The notes under the pieces: generated by a model
The model's database searches: none
The model's input: only the letters and a program-made list of their open reading frames with translations
Told to the model about the DNA's origin: nothing
Program-made: the position numbers and the translations under genes
Part shown: in pieces, positions 19,621 to 28,550 of the stretch
Layout of the letters: each line of letters begins with the position of its first letter
How positions within the stretch are numbered: position 1 is the first letter of the stretch
From: Candidatus Moranella endobia PCIT
GTDB taxonomy: Bacteria > Pseudomonadota > Gammaproteobacteria > Enterobacterales > Enterobacteriaceae
Assembly: GCF_000219175.1 (NCBI RefSeq)
Contig: NC_015735.1
Location: 506,295 to 538,294 of the forward strand
DNA: 32,000 nt
Direction of reading: 5' to 3'

Positions 19621-21342
19621 ATGCGAGCCTTAATGCCCTATCTGAAACTATACCGCTGCTACGGTGGCCAGCTTGTTCTTGGTATTATGCTCACTATAGT
19701 AACGTTACTAGCCAGCATCAGTCTCCTAACACTATCGGGTTGGTTTATTACCAGCGCTGCTACGGTTGGTACCGCTGCTGGACTGTATAGTTTTAATTAC
19801 ATGTTGCCAGCCGCCGGCGTGCGCAGCGCGGCAATTACCCGCACTGCCGGACGCTGGGCAGAGCGGGTGGTCAGCCACGATGCTACCTTCCGCATACTGC
19901 AGCATTTACGTCTTTATATCTTCCGCAGTATCATGCCCTTGTCTCCTGGCTCTATTGCCCGTTTCCGCCAGGCGGAACTGCTCAATAGCTTGGTAGTAGA
20001 TGTTGATATGCTAGATCATCTTTATTTGCGGGTTATCGCTCCGCTGGCGGGGGCGGTTGTGGTGACTTTTACAGTGACAACCGGGATCTGTCTGCTTGAC
20101 CTACGATCTGGCTTGACGCTAGGCGCGGTGCTGTTGGCGATTATATCGCTTTTCCCGCTACTATTTTATCTCATAGGCAAACCAACAGGGGCGGCTTTGA
20201 CCGCCTTACGCGCCGATTACCGTTTGCTACTCAATACCTGGCTTTCCAGCAATGCCGAACTAACGCTATACGGCGCCGCCGAACATTATCGATATCAGTT
20301 AGATGCAATTGAGCAACTATGGCAAGAGCATCAGCGCCGACATAGTAGCTTAGTCGCCAGCGCCCAAAGTATGTTACTGCTACTTGCCGGCCTAACTTTG
20401 ACACTAGTGCTATGGTTAGCAAATGAGCTTCAACGAAGCTTCATTGCCCTGTTCGTTTTCGCAACGCTCACGGCTTTTGAGGCACTGGGTCCAGTGGTCA
20501 GCGCTTTTCAATATCTTGGACAGGTTATCGCTGCTGCCAAAAACCTAAACCTCGTTCTACACCAATCACCAGAAGTATTGTTCCCTACTGCCGGCCCTGC
20601 ACCCGCGGCGCACGTTGCTCTGAGTGTTATGCGGGTGCGGTTTCAATATCCCGAGCAGGTGGTCCCCGCCATCAATAACCTATCGCTGACGGTTGCCGTC
20701 GGTGAGCAGATTGCAATACTCGGCCATACTGGTAGTGGCAAATCAACATTGTTGCAATTATTGACTCGTGCCTGGGATCCTCAGGCTGGAGAAATTACTA
20801 TCAATGGCGTTCTGCTTCATAAATGGAGCGAACGCGCGCTCCGCGAGATGACCGCCGTGGTGCCGCAGCGGGTGCATATTTTCAGTGCAACACTACGCGC
20901 TAATCTTCGACTAGCAGCACAGGATGCTGATGCTAATGCTAACGATGAACAACTGTGCGCAGTGATGCAACAGTTAGGCCTGGATACGCTACTGATGGGC
21001 GACGGATTAAACACCTGGCTAGGAGAGGGCGGAAGAGCACTGTCCGGTGGTGAACAACGCCGCATTGGTATTGCTCGTGCGTTGTTACATTCCGCACCGT
21101 TGTTACTACTCGACGAAACTAATGAGGGGCTAGATTTGTTCACAGCACAGCAAATCAGGCATTTGTTAACAACACGTGGCAAAGAGAGAACAGTGATTAT
21201 CGTCACTCACCACTTGCTGGGATTAGAACATTTCGATCGTATTTATATTATAGATCGCGGTACTGTAATTGAACAGGGTAGCCATCAGTCGTTGATGGAG
21301 CAGCGTGGACGATATTATCAATATCATCAGATAGTACACTAA
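19621..21342 (+). CDS. cydC: Cysteine/glutathione ABC exporter permease/ATPase CydC
   Basis: ORF-track frame from 19600, trimmed to the ATG at 19621. This gives MRALMPYLKLY against E. coli MRALLPYLALY, and 573 aa as in E. coli. It has Walker A GHTGSGKST, signature LSGGEQRR and Walker B LLLLDET. It starts 2 nt after the cydD stop. Confidence 0.95.
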   Translation: MRALMPYLKLYRCYGGQLVLGIMLTIVTLLASISLLTLSGWFITSAATVGTAAGLYSFNYMLPAAGVRSAAITRTAGRWAERVVSHDATFRILQHLRLYIFRSIMPLSPGSIARFRQAELLNSLVVDVDMLDHLYLRVIAPLAGAVVVTFTVTTGICLLDLRSGLTLGAVLLAIISLFPLLFYLIGKPTGAALTALRADYRLLLNTWLSSNAELTLYGAAEHYRYQLDAIEQLWQEHQRRHSSLVASAQSMLLLLAGLTLTLVLWLANELQRSFIALFVFATLTAFEALGPVVSAFQYLGQVIAAAKNLNLVLHQSPEVLFPTAGPAPAAHVALSVMRVRFQYPEQVVPAINNLSLTVAVGEQIAILGHTGSGKSTLLQLLTRAWDPQAGEITINGVLLHKWSERALREMTAVVPQRVHIFSATLRANLRLAAQDADANANDEQLCAVMQQLGLDTLLMGDGLNTWLGEGGRALSGGEQRRIGIARALLHSAPLLLLDETNEGLDLFTAQQIRHLLTTRGKERTVIIVTHHLLGLEHFDRIYIIDRGTVIEQGSHQSLMEQRGRYYQYHQIVH

Positions 21343-21489
21343 CTACTAGACCAGTTATTCTGCTTACCATAGCATCACTACTATGTTAGTATCTAAGTTC
21401 AGCTTTGTTCAGCATCCTTCTTACTTCTGTAATTTGGAATAAGTAGTCGTAGTAAATGAGATAATATGATTCGACCGTATGAGATTATC

Positions 21490-21518
21490 TTGCCAGTCAA
21501 AACAATAGCAATTATAAT
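21490..21518 (+). promoter_or_regulatory. Near-consensus sigma70 promoter for infA (-35 TTGCCA, 17-nt spacer, -10 TATAAT)
   Basis: TTGCCA at 21490-21495 and TATAAT at 21513-21518. The infA ATG is 28 nt further on, preceded by AAGAGGA. Confidence 0.6.
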
Positions 21519-21545
21519 TTAGATGATTAAGATTAAGAGGATTAA

Positions 21546-21764
<219 letters not shown>

Positions 21765-21906
21765 GTTAATGGCCCACCGGCCCGCGAGAGCGATAATAAC
21801 GACCGCTAGTGCTCTCAAGCATAAGCAGCGGTAACAATAGTTACCAACTATGGTAACGATCAACAGAACAGTGACAACGATTAACCACGTCACCACTTCC
21901 CGCCCC
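21765..21906 (-). pseudogene. secE: secE fragment (codons ~12-60 of the intact copy), duplicate of 210-356
   Basis: Hand alignment of 21769-21906 to 210-356 shows 4 substitutions and one in-frame 9-bp gap. It lacks the secE start and the whole conserved C-terminal half. Confidence 0.85.
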
Positions 21907-21908
21907 AT

Positions 21909-22008
21909 CGGGCTTTTTCTTCTGGCGCGTTGTCGATCTGATCAAAGGCACACGCGTTTCCGCCTTAAGCCTTGGCCAGAACGGTGGTCTTGTCCCTCTA
22001 AGACACAA
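21909..22008 (-). pseudogene. tuf: tuf fragment (codons ~33-59 plus 5' leader) in the tufA position after fusA
   Basis: 21909-21988 equals 1504-1583 (80 nt) with one substitution, which converts Tyr40 TAC to TAA. 21989-22008 equals 1682-1701 (the leader with the SD). The start codon, the P-loop and codons 60-394 are deleted. Its 5' leader overlaps the last codons of fusA. Confidence 0.85.
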
Positions 22009-24106
22009 CTCTACGAGTTTCGATAATAGCCTGAGCAACGTTGTTAGGTGCTTCATTATACTTAAGAAACTCCATAGAGTAAGAAGCACGTCCCTGCGTC
22101 TGTGAACGCAGATCAGTAGCATAACCGAACATTTCCGATAAAGGTACCTGCGCATGGATGGTGTTACCGTGTGTGATGTTTTCCATTCCATCAATAATGC
22201 CACGCCGACGGTTCAAGTCACCAATTACGTCACCCATGTATTCTTCTGGTGTTTCCACTTCAACCTTCATGATTGGTTCCAGCAGAACTGGTTTTGCTTT
22301 CAAGAAGCCTTCTTTAAAAGCTATGGAACCGGCAATTTTGAACGCCATTTCCGAAGAGTCTACTTCGTGGTAAGAACCATCGAAGACGGTAACGCGGACG
22401 TTTACGATCGGATAACCAGCTAGCACACCGCTCTTAAGCTGTTCCTGAACGCCTTTATCAACCGCTGGAATGTATTCTTTCGGCACCACACCGCCGATAA
22501 TTTCGTTCATAAATTCATATAATTTACCACTCGGATCCATTGGTTCAAGACGGAGCCATACATGACCGAACTGCCCCCTACCACCAGATTGCCGAATAAA
22601 TTTACCTTCCTGTTCGACGGTGGCGCGTATCGTTTCGCGGTATGCAACCTGCGGTTTACCGACGTTGGCTGCCACATTGAATTCTCTACGCATACGGTCG
22701 ACTAGAATTTCCAGGTGTAGCTCACCCATACCTGCGATAATAGTCTGACCTGACTCTTCATCGATCCGCACTCGGAAAGAAGGATCTTCCTGCGCTAGAC
22801 GTCCTAGAGCCAAGCCCATTTTTTCTTGATCAGCCTTAGTTTTCGGTTCCACTGCTACGGAGATAACCGGTTCTGGAAAGTCCATGCGCTCAAGTATAAT
22901 AGGCGCCGACGGATCGCACAGGGTATCACCGGTCGTAACGTCTTTCAGTCCAATGGCTGCCGCTATATCACCAGCGCGCACTTCTTTGATTTCTTCCCGT
23001 TTATTGGCGTGCATCTGTACGATACGGCCGAAACGTTCGCGCTTATCCTTCACCGAGTTAAACACAGTATCACCGGAGTTAACTATGCCGGAGTAGACGC
23101 GGAAAAAGGTCAGGTTGCCGACGAAAGGATCGCTGGCGATTTTGAACGCCAGCGCTGAGAACGGCTCATCATCTTTGGAGTAACGCTCCGCATGGGTTTC
23201 ACCATCGTCAAGTACGCCGTTGATGGCTGCAATGTCGGTTGGTGACGGCAGATATTCTATGATCGCATCCAGCATCGCTTGCACGCCCTTGTTTTTGAAC
23301 GCAGAACCACAGGTAACGAGCATAATTTCGTTGTTCAAAACTCGCTGGCGCAGACCTTTCTTCAGCTCTTCTTCTGTCAGCTGTTCGCCGTTCAGGTATT
23401 TTGCCATAAGCTCTTCAGACGCTTCAACCGCTGATTCCACTAGGTACTGGTGCCATTTGTTAGACAGTTCATTCAAATCAGCAGGTATGTCTTCATAAGT
23501 GAAGGTGACGCCCTGGTCCGCTTCACTCCAGTTGATTGCTTTCATTTTAACTAGGTCTACGATGCCGGTGAATTTTTCTTCTGCACCAATAGCCAGTTGA
23601 ATCGGAACTGGGTTAGCGGCCAGACGGGTTCTCAGCTGTTCAACTACTCTAAGGTAATTGGCACCCATGCGGTCCATTTTATTAACGAAAGCAATACGCG
23701 GCACTTTATATTTGTTTGCCTGACGCCATACAGTTTCAGACTGCGGCTGAACGCCACCTACAGCACAATAAACCATGACAGTACCATCTAGTACGCGCAT
23801 GGAACGTTCTACTTCTATTGTGAAGTCAACGTGTCCTGGAGTATCGATGATATTGATGCGGTGCGAATCAAACTGTTTTGCCATGCCGGACCAGAAACAG
23901 GTGGTAGCTGCCGACGTGATAGTGATACCACGCTCCTGCTCCTGTGCCATCCAGTCCATGGTTGCTGCGCCATTATGAACTTCACCGATCTTGTGATTTA
24001 CACCAGTATAGAACAAAATACGTTCAGTAGTAGTGGTTTTACCTGCGTCGATGTGAGCACTGATACCGATATTACGATAGCGTGCAATGGGGGTCATACG
24101 AGCCAT
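21998..24106 (-). CDS. fusA: Elongation factor G
   Basis: The 702-aa ORF starts [35 protein letters not shown] and is collinear with E. coli EF-G (704 aa). The C-terminus reads ..[14 protein letters not shown] against E. coli ..NVAQAVIEARGK. Confidence 0.97.
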   Translation of the reverse strand: MARMTPIARYRNIGISAHIDAGKTTTTERILFYTGVNHKIGEVHNGAATMDWMAQEQERGITITSAATTCFWSGMAKQFDSHRINIIDTPGHVDFTIEVERSMRVLDGTVMVYCAVGGVQPQSETVWRQANKYKVPRIAFVNKMDRMGANYLRVVEQLRTRLAANPVPIQLAIGAEEKFTGIVDLVKMKAINWSEADQGVTFTYEDIPADLNELSNKWHQYLVESAVEASEELMAKYLNGEQLTEEELKKGLRQRVLNNEIMLVTCGSAFKNKGVQAMLDAIIEYLPSPTDIAAINGVLDDGETHAERYSKDDEPFSALAFKIASDPFVGNLTFFRVYSGIVNSGDTVFNSVKDKRERFGRIVQMHANKREEIKEVRAGDIAAAIGLKDVTTGDTLCDPSAPIILERMDFPEPVISVAVEPKTKADQEKMGLALGRLAQEDPSFRVRIDEESGQTIIAGMGELHLEILVDRMRREFNVAANVGKPQVAYRETIRATVEQEGKFIRQSGGRGQFGHVWLRLEPMDPSGKLYEFMNEIIGGVVPKEYIPAVDKGVQEQLKSGVLAGYPIVNVRVTVFDGSYHEVDSSEMAFKIAGSIAFKEGFLKAKPVLLEPIMKVEVETPEEYMGDVIGDLNRRRGIIDGMENITHGNTIHAQVPLSEMFGYATDLRSQTQGRASYSMEFLKYNEAPNNVAQAIIETRRVVS

Positions 24107-24204
24107 GTGAATCCTCGATTTAGGTCGTTCATTCCGAATTAAACCGGCAGTAACAGTGTATTTTATTAGCGTATGCTTGGTGAGCAGCGACTAAGTTTGC
24201 CAGA

Positions 24205-24675
24205 TTACCAGCGGTAATGCGCAAACGCCTTGTTAGCATCTGCCATACGGTGAACTTCTTCACGTTTCTTAACCGCATTACCTTTGTTTTCTGTTGCATC
24301 GTAAAGTTCGTTCACTAAACGTAGAACCATAGATTGATCACTACGTTTACGAGCAGCTTCAATGATCCAACGCATGGCTAGGGCATTGCGCCGTACCGGA
24401 CGAACTTCTACTGGTACCTGATAAGTAGAACCACCGACACGTCTAGATTTTACTTCGACAGTAGGACGTACGTTGGCCAATGCAACTTCAAAAACTTCCA
24501 GATAGTCTTTACCAGAACGCTGAGCCAATTTATCCAGTGCAGTATAGACAATCGCTTCTGCGATAGATTTTTTGCCATCTACCATTAGTAGGTTAACAAA
24601 TTTGGCCAAAATTTCTGATCCACACTTTGGATCTGGCAAGATTTTACGTTGACCAATAATGCGACGACGTGGCAT
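24205..24675 (-). CDS. rpsG: 30S ribosomal protein S7
   Basis: The 156-aa ORF starts [33 protein letters not shown] and ends ..KAFAHYRW. Confidence 0.97.
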   Translation of the reverse strand: MPRRRIIGQRKILPDPKCGSEILAKFVNLLMVDGKKSIAEAIVYTALDKLAQRSGKDYLEVFEVALANVRPTVEVKSRRVGGSTYQVPVEVRPVRRNALAMRWIIEAARKRSDQSMVLRLVNELYDATENKGNAVKKREEVHRMADANKAFAHYRW

Positions 24676-24764
24676 GGGAAGACTCCGTTGCTAATTCAGC
24701 ATTGTCCAACACTAGATGAATGATTTGAAAAAATGCAAAGTGAATAAAAATTTGGCGATACACA

Positions 24765-25139
<375 letters not shown>

Positions 25140-25340
25140 TCAATAAAGCTCCTGGATTTTGATTCTTACAATATTACATAACTAATAATCCGCAAGCAGC
25201 TGCTATGTGCGCAACAAGTGTAATCCGTGGTTCAATAACACGTCGTAACTGTTTAGCGTTTGTTTTGGGAAGATCATCTTCTGAATAAGTTAATGACGCA
25301 CCAAATTCGCGGAATGGTAATGGTATTATGATAACGCAAG

Positions 25341-25369
25341 ATTCTATGGCTGAAGAGTAACAGTGTCAA
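25341..25369 (-). promoter_or_regulatory. str-operon (rpsL) promoter: -35 TTGACA, 17-nt spacer, -10 TAGAAT
   Basis: The minus strand reads TTGACA CTGTTACTCTTCAGCCA TAGAAT. The -35 is at 25364-25369 and the -10 at 25341-25346, about 200 nt upstream of the rpsL ATG. Confidence 0.6.
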
Positions 25370-25398
25370 GAACAAGAAATAGACAATTTACATTGTCT
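25370..25398 (-). terminator. Intrinsic terminator after tusB (AGACAAT gtaa ATTGTCT followed by ATTTCTTGTTCTTG)
   Basis: A 7-bp perfect stem at 25381-25398 whose first base is the last A of the tusB TAA. A T-rich tail follows on the minus strand. Confidence 0.55.
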
Positions 25399-25685
25399 TA
25401 CCATGATATCTGTTGCAACTGTTTTTCAGTTAAACCGACGAATTCATTATAACTGATAATTGTGATATTAGCGGAAAAATAAACAGATATCCCACGCGCG
25501 ACTATATCATTTTTCAGTGCGTACAGCGTCAGAGGCGAGTCACTCAGTGCGCCAGCCGCCGGCGAGCCGCGCAGACCAGCGATCACACCATCGGAAAAAA
25601 GCAGTAGATCATCGCCGGTCTGCGCGCTCCGCAATAGCGCTGCTAGATCGCAAGCATAGGGAGAACGGCTAAGAGTATATAGCAT
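25398..25685 (-). CDS. tusB: Sulfurtransferase complex subunit TusB
   Basis: The 95-aa ORF MLYTLSRSPY..DLAALLR...GDDLLL..DGV is collinear with E. coli TusB (95 aa). It is the last gene of tusDCB, upstream of rpsL. Confidence 0.9.
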   Translation of the reverse strand: MLYTLSRSPYACDLAALLRSAQTGDDLLLFSDGVIAGLRGSPAAGALSDSPLTLYALKNDIVARGISVYFSANITIISYNEFVGLTEKQLQQISW

Positions 25686-25709
25686 TATCGTAATCGTATC
25701 CGTTCGTTG

Positions 25710-26069
25710 TTAAAACGTCAATATAGTGTTATAGGCGGTTAGCTGCTGGCGCCAGTCAGCAGCCGATAGCCATTGGACATGTAACACATAGCCGGAACTT
25801 GCATCCAGACCGCGTTCCCATGCCGAGTCAGCGCATAGATATAGCCGATCAACATCATACAGAGCTAATAGACTAAAAGTAGCGACAAAGTTCCGTGCCA
25901 AAATTTTGGCTGGCTGCTGCTGCGACAATAACAACAATACGCCATCGGCGATAAAAAATATGCCAATATTCTTGGCAAGTGAAGAAATAGCCAATATTGC
26001 GTCAAGACCCTCTCTTCCAGAGGTATCGCCGTGTGGTCCGTGCGTGAACACAAAAGCGATGTTTTTCAT
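25710..26069 (-). CDS. tusC: Sulfurtransferase complex subunit TusC
   Basis: ORF-track frame to 26111, trimmed to the ATG at 26067-26069, with GGAAG upstream. This gives MKNIAFVFTHGPHG against E. coli MKRIAFVFSTAPHG, and 119 aa as in E. coli. Confidence 0.9.
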   Translation of the reverse strand: MKNIAFVFTHGPHGDTSGREGLDAILAISSLAKNIGIFFIADGVLLLLSQQQPAKILARNFVATFSLLALYDVDRLYLCADSAWERGLDASSGYVLHVQWLSAADWRQQLTAYNTILTF

Positions 26070-26080
26070 ATCTTCCGGCC

Positions 26081-26488
26081 TTAAAACTGAACAAAACGAT
26101 CGCAGCCGCACGCAGCCTGTGCCAGAGTACCAAGGCCACTCATTTTGAAACCAGGCTGAATATTATCACCGTTTAGTTTAAGTAAAGCCGCTTGAACGGC
26201 ATCGGTGATGCCGCGGCGCAGAGCAGCTGCGACGCAAACATGCAGCTCAACCATATGCTGCTGCGCTAGATCATTCCAGGCGCGCACCAGATCTACCTCA
26301 TCACTGGCGGGCGCGCTCAGTCGATTAGCATTAGTTACGCCTTCTTGATAAAAAAACACTGTACCAAGATGGTGGCCGCAAGCCAGCAGAGCCCAGGCGA
26401 ACTGCAGTGCGCTACTGGCGCGCTGATTGCCATAGGCCGGGCCGGTTACCATCAAACAGTAATCAAGAAATAACTTGTTTCTATCCAT
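26081..26488 (-). CDS. tusD: Sulfurtransferase TusD
   Basis: ORF-track frame to 26497 (GTG). I prefer the ATG at 26486-26488 ([20 protein letters not shown].. against E. coli MRFAIVVTGPAYG). The catalytic-Cys segment [10 protein letters not shown] and the C-terminal CDRFVQF are conserved. The exact start is uncertain and the SD is weak. Confidence 0.88.
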   Translation of the reverse strand: MDRNKLFLDYCLMVTGPAYGNQRASSALQFAWALLACGHHLGTVFFYQEGVTNANRLSAPASDEVDLVRAWNDLAQQHMVELHVCVAAALRRGITDAVQAALLKLNGDNIQPGFKMSGLGTLAQAACGCDRFVQF

Positions 26489-26506
26489 CCCAAACACACA
26501 ACATCA

Positions 26507-26522
26507 CCGTTATTGATAACGG
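26507..26522. promoter_or_regulatory. Perfect 16-nt palindrome CCGTTATTGATAACGG, 19 nt upstream of tusD
   Basis: Read directly from the sequence. On the minus strand it is followed by the G/T-rich TGATGTTGTGTGTTTGGG. It could be an operator or a relic terminator of the decayed upstream gene. Confidence 0.25.
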
Positions 26523-26713
26523 CTTTAATATAAAGATAAACCATCACTTGTTCATTATCTGGTTAGTAATCACCAGATCTAAATCAATAGCAAAGCACTG
26601 TTTTTTGCCCGAGTATAGTGATTGTGGTAAAATAAACGCTACCATCATCACGACACTTGATGGATGCGCAGATTAGCAAAAAGACCAGCAATTGAGAACA
26701 TTGCCACGGTTAT

Positions 26714-26839
26714 TCAATTATCAAGCCACTCACAAATATGTTTGGTACCCTTTTTAAGGTTGGGATATTCGATTACATGATTAGCGATCGTACCCATGTC
26801 GGAGCTTTCGCTTTTATAAGACATAATACCAGTAGACAT
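26714..26839 (-). pseudogene. Possible remnant of yheO (C-terminal HTH part only)
   Basis: A 41-codon minus-strand ORF reads MSTGIMSYKSESSDMGTIANHVIEYPNLKKGTKHICEWLDN*. Its weak resemblance is to the E. coli YheO C-terminus as I recall it (..DAINQVADRLNISKHTVYLYIRQ..). yheO is the gene directly upstream of tusD in E. coli. Only 400 nt are available here for a 720-nt gene. Confidence 0.3.
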
Positions 26840-26889
26840 ATTATTTGTTCAATAATAGGACATGCTTATGCTGATTGTATAGATCATTA

Positions 26890-28374
26890 TTATTTTCTGT
26901 TGATACTACGGTAATATATAGCCTGATTCTTGTTTGGTAACCAAAATAAATGCAATTGCGCTTCAGATGCCTGCTTCGTTCCTTCCCAGGTCACAAATAT
27001 TCCAAGCGCAGCGATTAGTTGGTCATTATAAAACAGCAGTGGCGTGTGGCCCCGTAGCCACGGCGGAATTTCTAGTTCCTGCCAAATTTTTTTCAATGTT
27101 CGACCATGGCGCCGTCCAGTGATATGCAGCAGTCCGCGCACCGGGCCAAATCTTATTGATACTAATTCGTCGCACATCGGGGCGCGGACGACAGATTTGA
27201 TGGCTACTATAGTGTCAGCACTAGCTATGCCGTCGGACAAGCGTTCCCCTTGCAGGGGACTGTCGCTATCAACCGTTTGTCGAAAAATTATTCCCATATC
27301 AGTAGGTAACTGAAGTTGATCGTATCCCGGTGGCCAGGGCAATATCGTCACGCCATCAGCAAGCTTCGCCAACTTTGGCAACACAGAAGGTAGCACATAA
27401 AGACGATCGCGAAAGCGGCGCACCTGGCAGTCATCGATCTGCATTTTCGCAACTGCATCGCGGCGGCTGAGTGCAACCTCTTGCCACAGACGCGCTAATT
27501 GCAGGCGTGAGGGCATTCGGACACTAAGGTTGGCCAACCAGCGGCGTAAGAGGGCAGCACGCCTAAGATTACTCATCACCATTAGTGGCGTTAAGCGTAG
27601 CGACCCGTCCGGTGACATAAGATCGTCCAGCGTTTCAGCTAACAGTTCATCTAATAGTCTTTCCTGCCCGGCACAAAGCTGTGCGCTGCGCGCTGAGGCA
27701 GAGGCAAAGTGTGGCCAGCGCTGCCGCAAAAGCGGTAGGATCTGTAAGCGCAAAAAATTGCGGTCGAACCGCATATTTGTATTACTTTCGTCCTCAATCC
27801 AGCTTAGCTCGCGTGCACAAGCGTATGCTTCCAGCTCAGCCCGGCTACAATCAAGCAAGGGTCGCACCAGGCGATGATCGTGAAATGGCATATCAGCCGT
27901 CATACTAGCCAGCCCGGCCGGGCCGCTACCACGTTTCAACGCCAACAGTAGCGTTTCCACCTGATCGTCCTGATGGTGAGCAGTCAGCAAACATTCATCT
28001 GCCGCCAGCGTAGCCGCCAGCGCCCGATAACGCGCGCCGCGGGCTGCTGCTTCAAGGCCATCTTGTGTCGAGTCGATAACCACACGCACAATGTTAAACT
28101 TAACTTTACGCCGGTGGCATTCGTACGCACAATGCTTTACCCAACGATCAGCATCGCGATTTAATCCATGATTGATATGAACAGCCCGTAGTATCTTGGA
28201 GCAGGCGCTACCCATAGCCTCATCGCCATCTCGCAGAGCGGTTATAATATCTAGCAAAACCATGGAATCTAGCCCACCGCTGAACGCTAACAACACTGCA
28301 CGGTAAGGAGCAATGTAAACGGCGACACGGCGGTGTAATGCTTGCAATTGCCTACAGTCGTCAGTATGTATCAT
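26890..28374 (-). CDS. tilS: tRNA(Ile)-lysidine synthase
   Basis: The 494-aa ORF has the PP-loop FSGGLDS. Matching segments include HHQDDQVETLLLALKRGSGPAGL, WIEDESN, DRNFLR, MPSR...WQEVAL and the C-terminal LKKIWQELEIPPWLR..PLLFY, all as in E. coli TilS. It is longer than E. coli TilS (432 aa) because of insertions. Confidence 0.93.
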   Translation of the reverse strand: MIHTDDCRQLQALHRRVAVYIAPYRAVLLAFSGGLDSMVLLDIITALRDGDEAMGSACSKILRAVHINHGLNRDADRWVKHCAYECHRRKVKFNIVRVVIDSTQDGLEAAARGARYRALAATLAADECLLTAHHQDDQVETLLLALKRGSGPAGLASMTADMPFHDHRLVRPLLDCSRAELEAYACARELSWIEDESNTNMRFDRNFLRLQILPLLRQRWPHFASASARSAQLCAGQERLLDELLAETLDDLMSPDGSLRLTPLMVMSNLRRAALLRRWLANLSVRMPSRLQLARLWQEVALSRRDAVAKMQIDDCQVRRFRDRLYVLPSVLPKLAKLADGVTILPWPPGYDQLQLPTDMGIIFRQTVDSDSPLQGERLSDGIASADTIVAIKSVVRAPMCDELVSIRFGPVRGLLHITGRRHGRTLKKIWQELEIPPWLRGHTPLLFYNDQLIAALGIFVTWEGTKQASEAQLHLFWLPNKNQAIYYRSINRK

Positions 28375-28550
28375 ACATCTCCAGCATCTCCCGCGGTAAC
28401 CGCTAGCTCTAATCAGTAAATTTTTGGTACAATGAACTTAAGCAGCACCACACCGAATCGCTGGCCTCAAATAATATTTATGTTTAGATGCGATAAGATG
28501 CTAACATACGTGATCGGCACCTAGCTTTACAATGTAGGCACATGGGCTAA

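Noticed and set aside
21343-21545. A search for an aat remnant between cydC and infA.
   Set aside because: I found no convincing Aat-like translation in any frame of the 203-nt spacer. It contains a strong infA promoter, so the deletion of aat appears complete.
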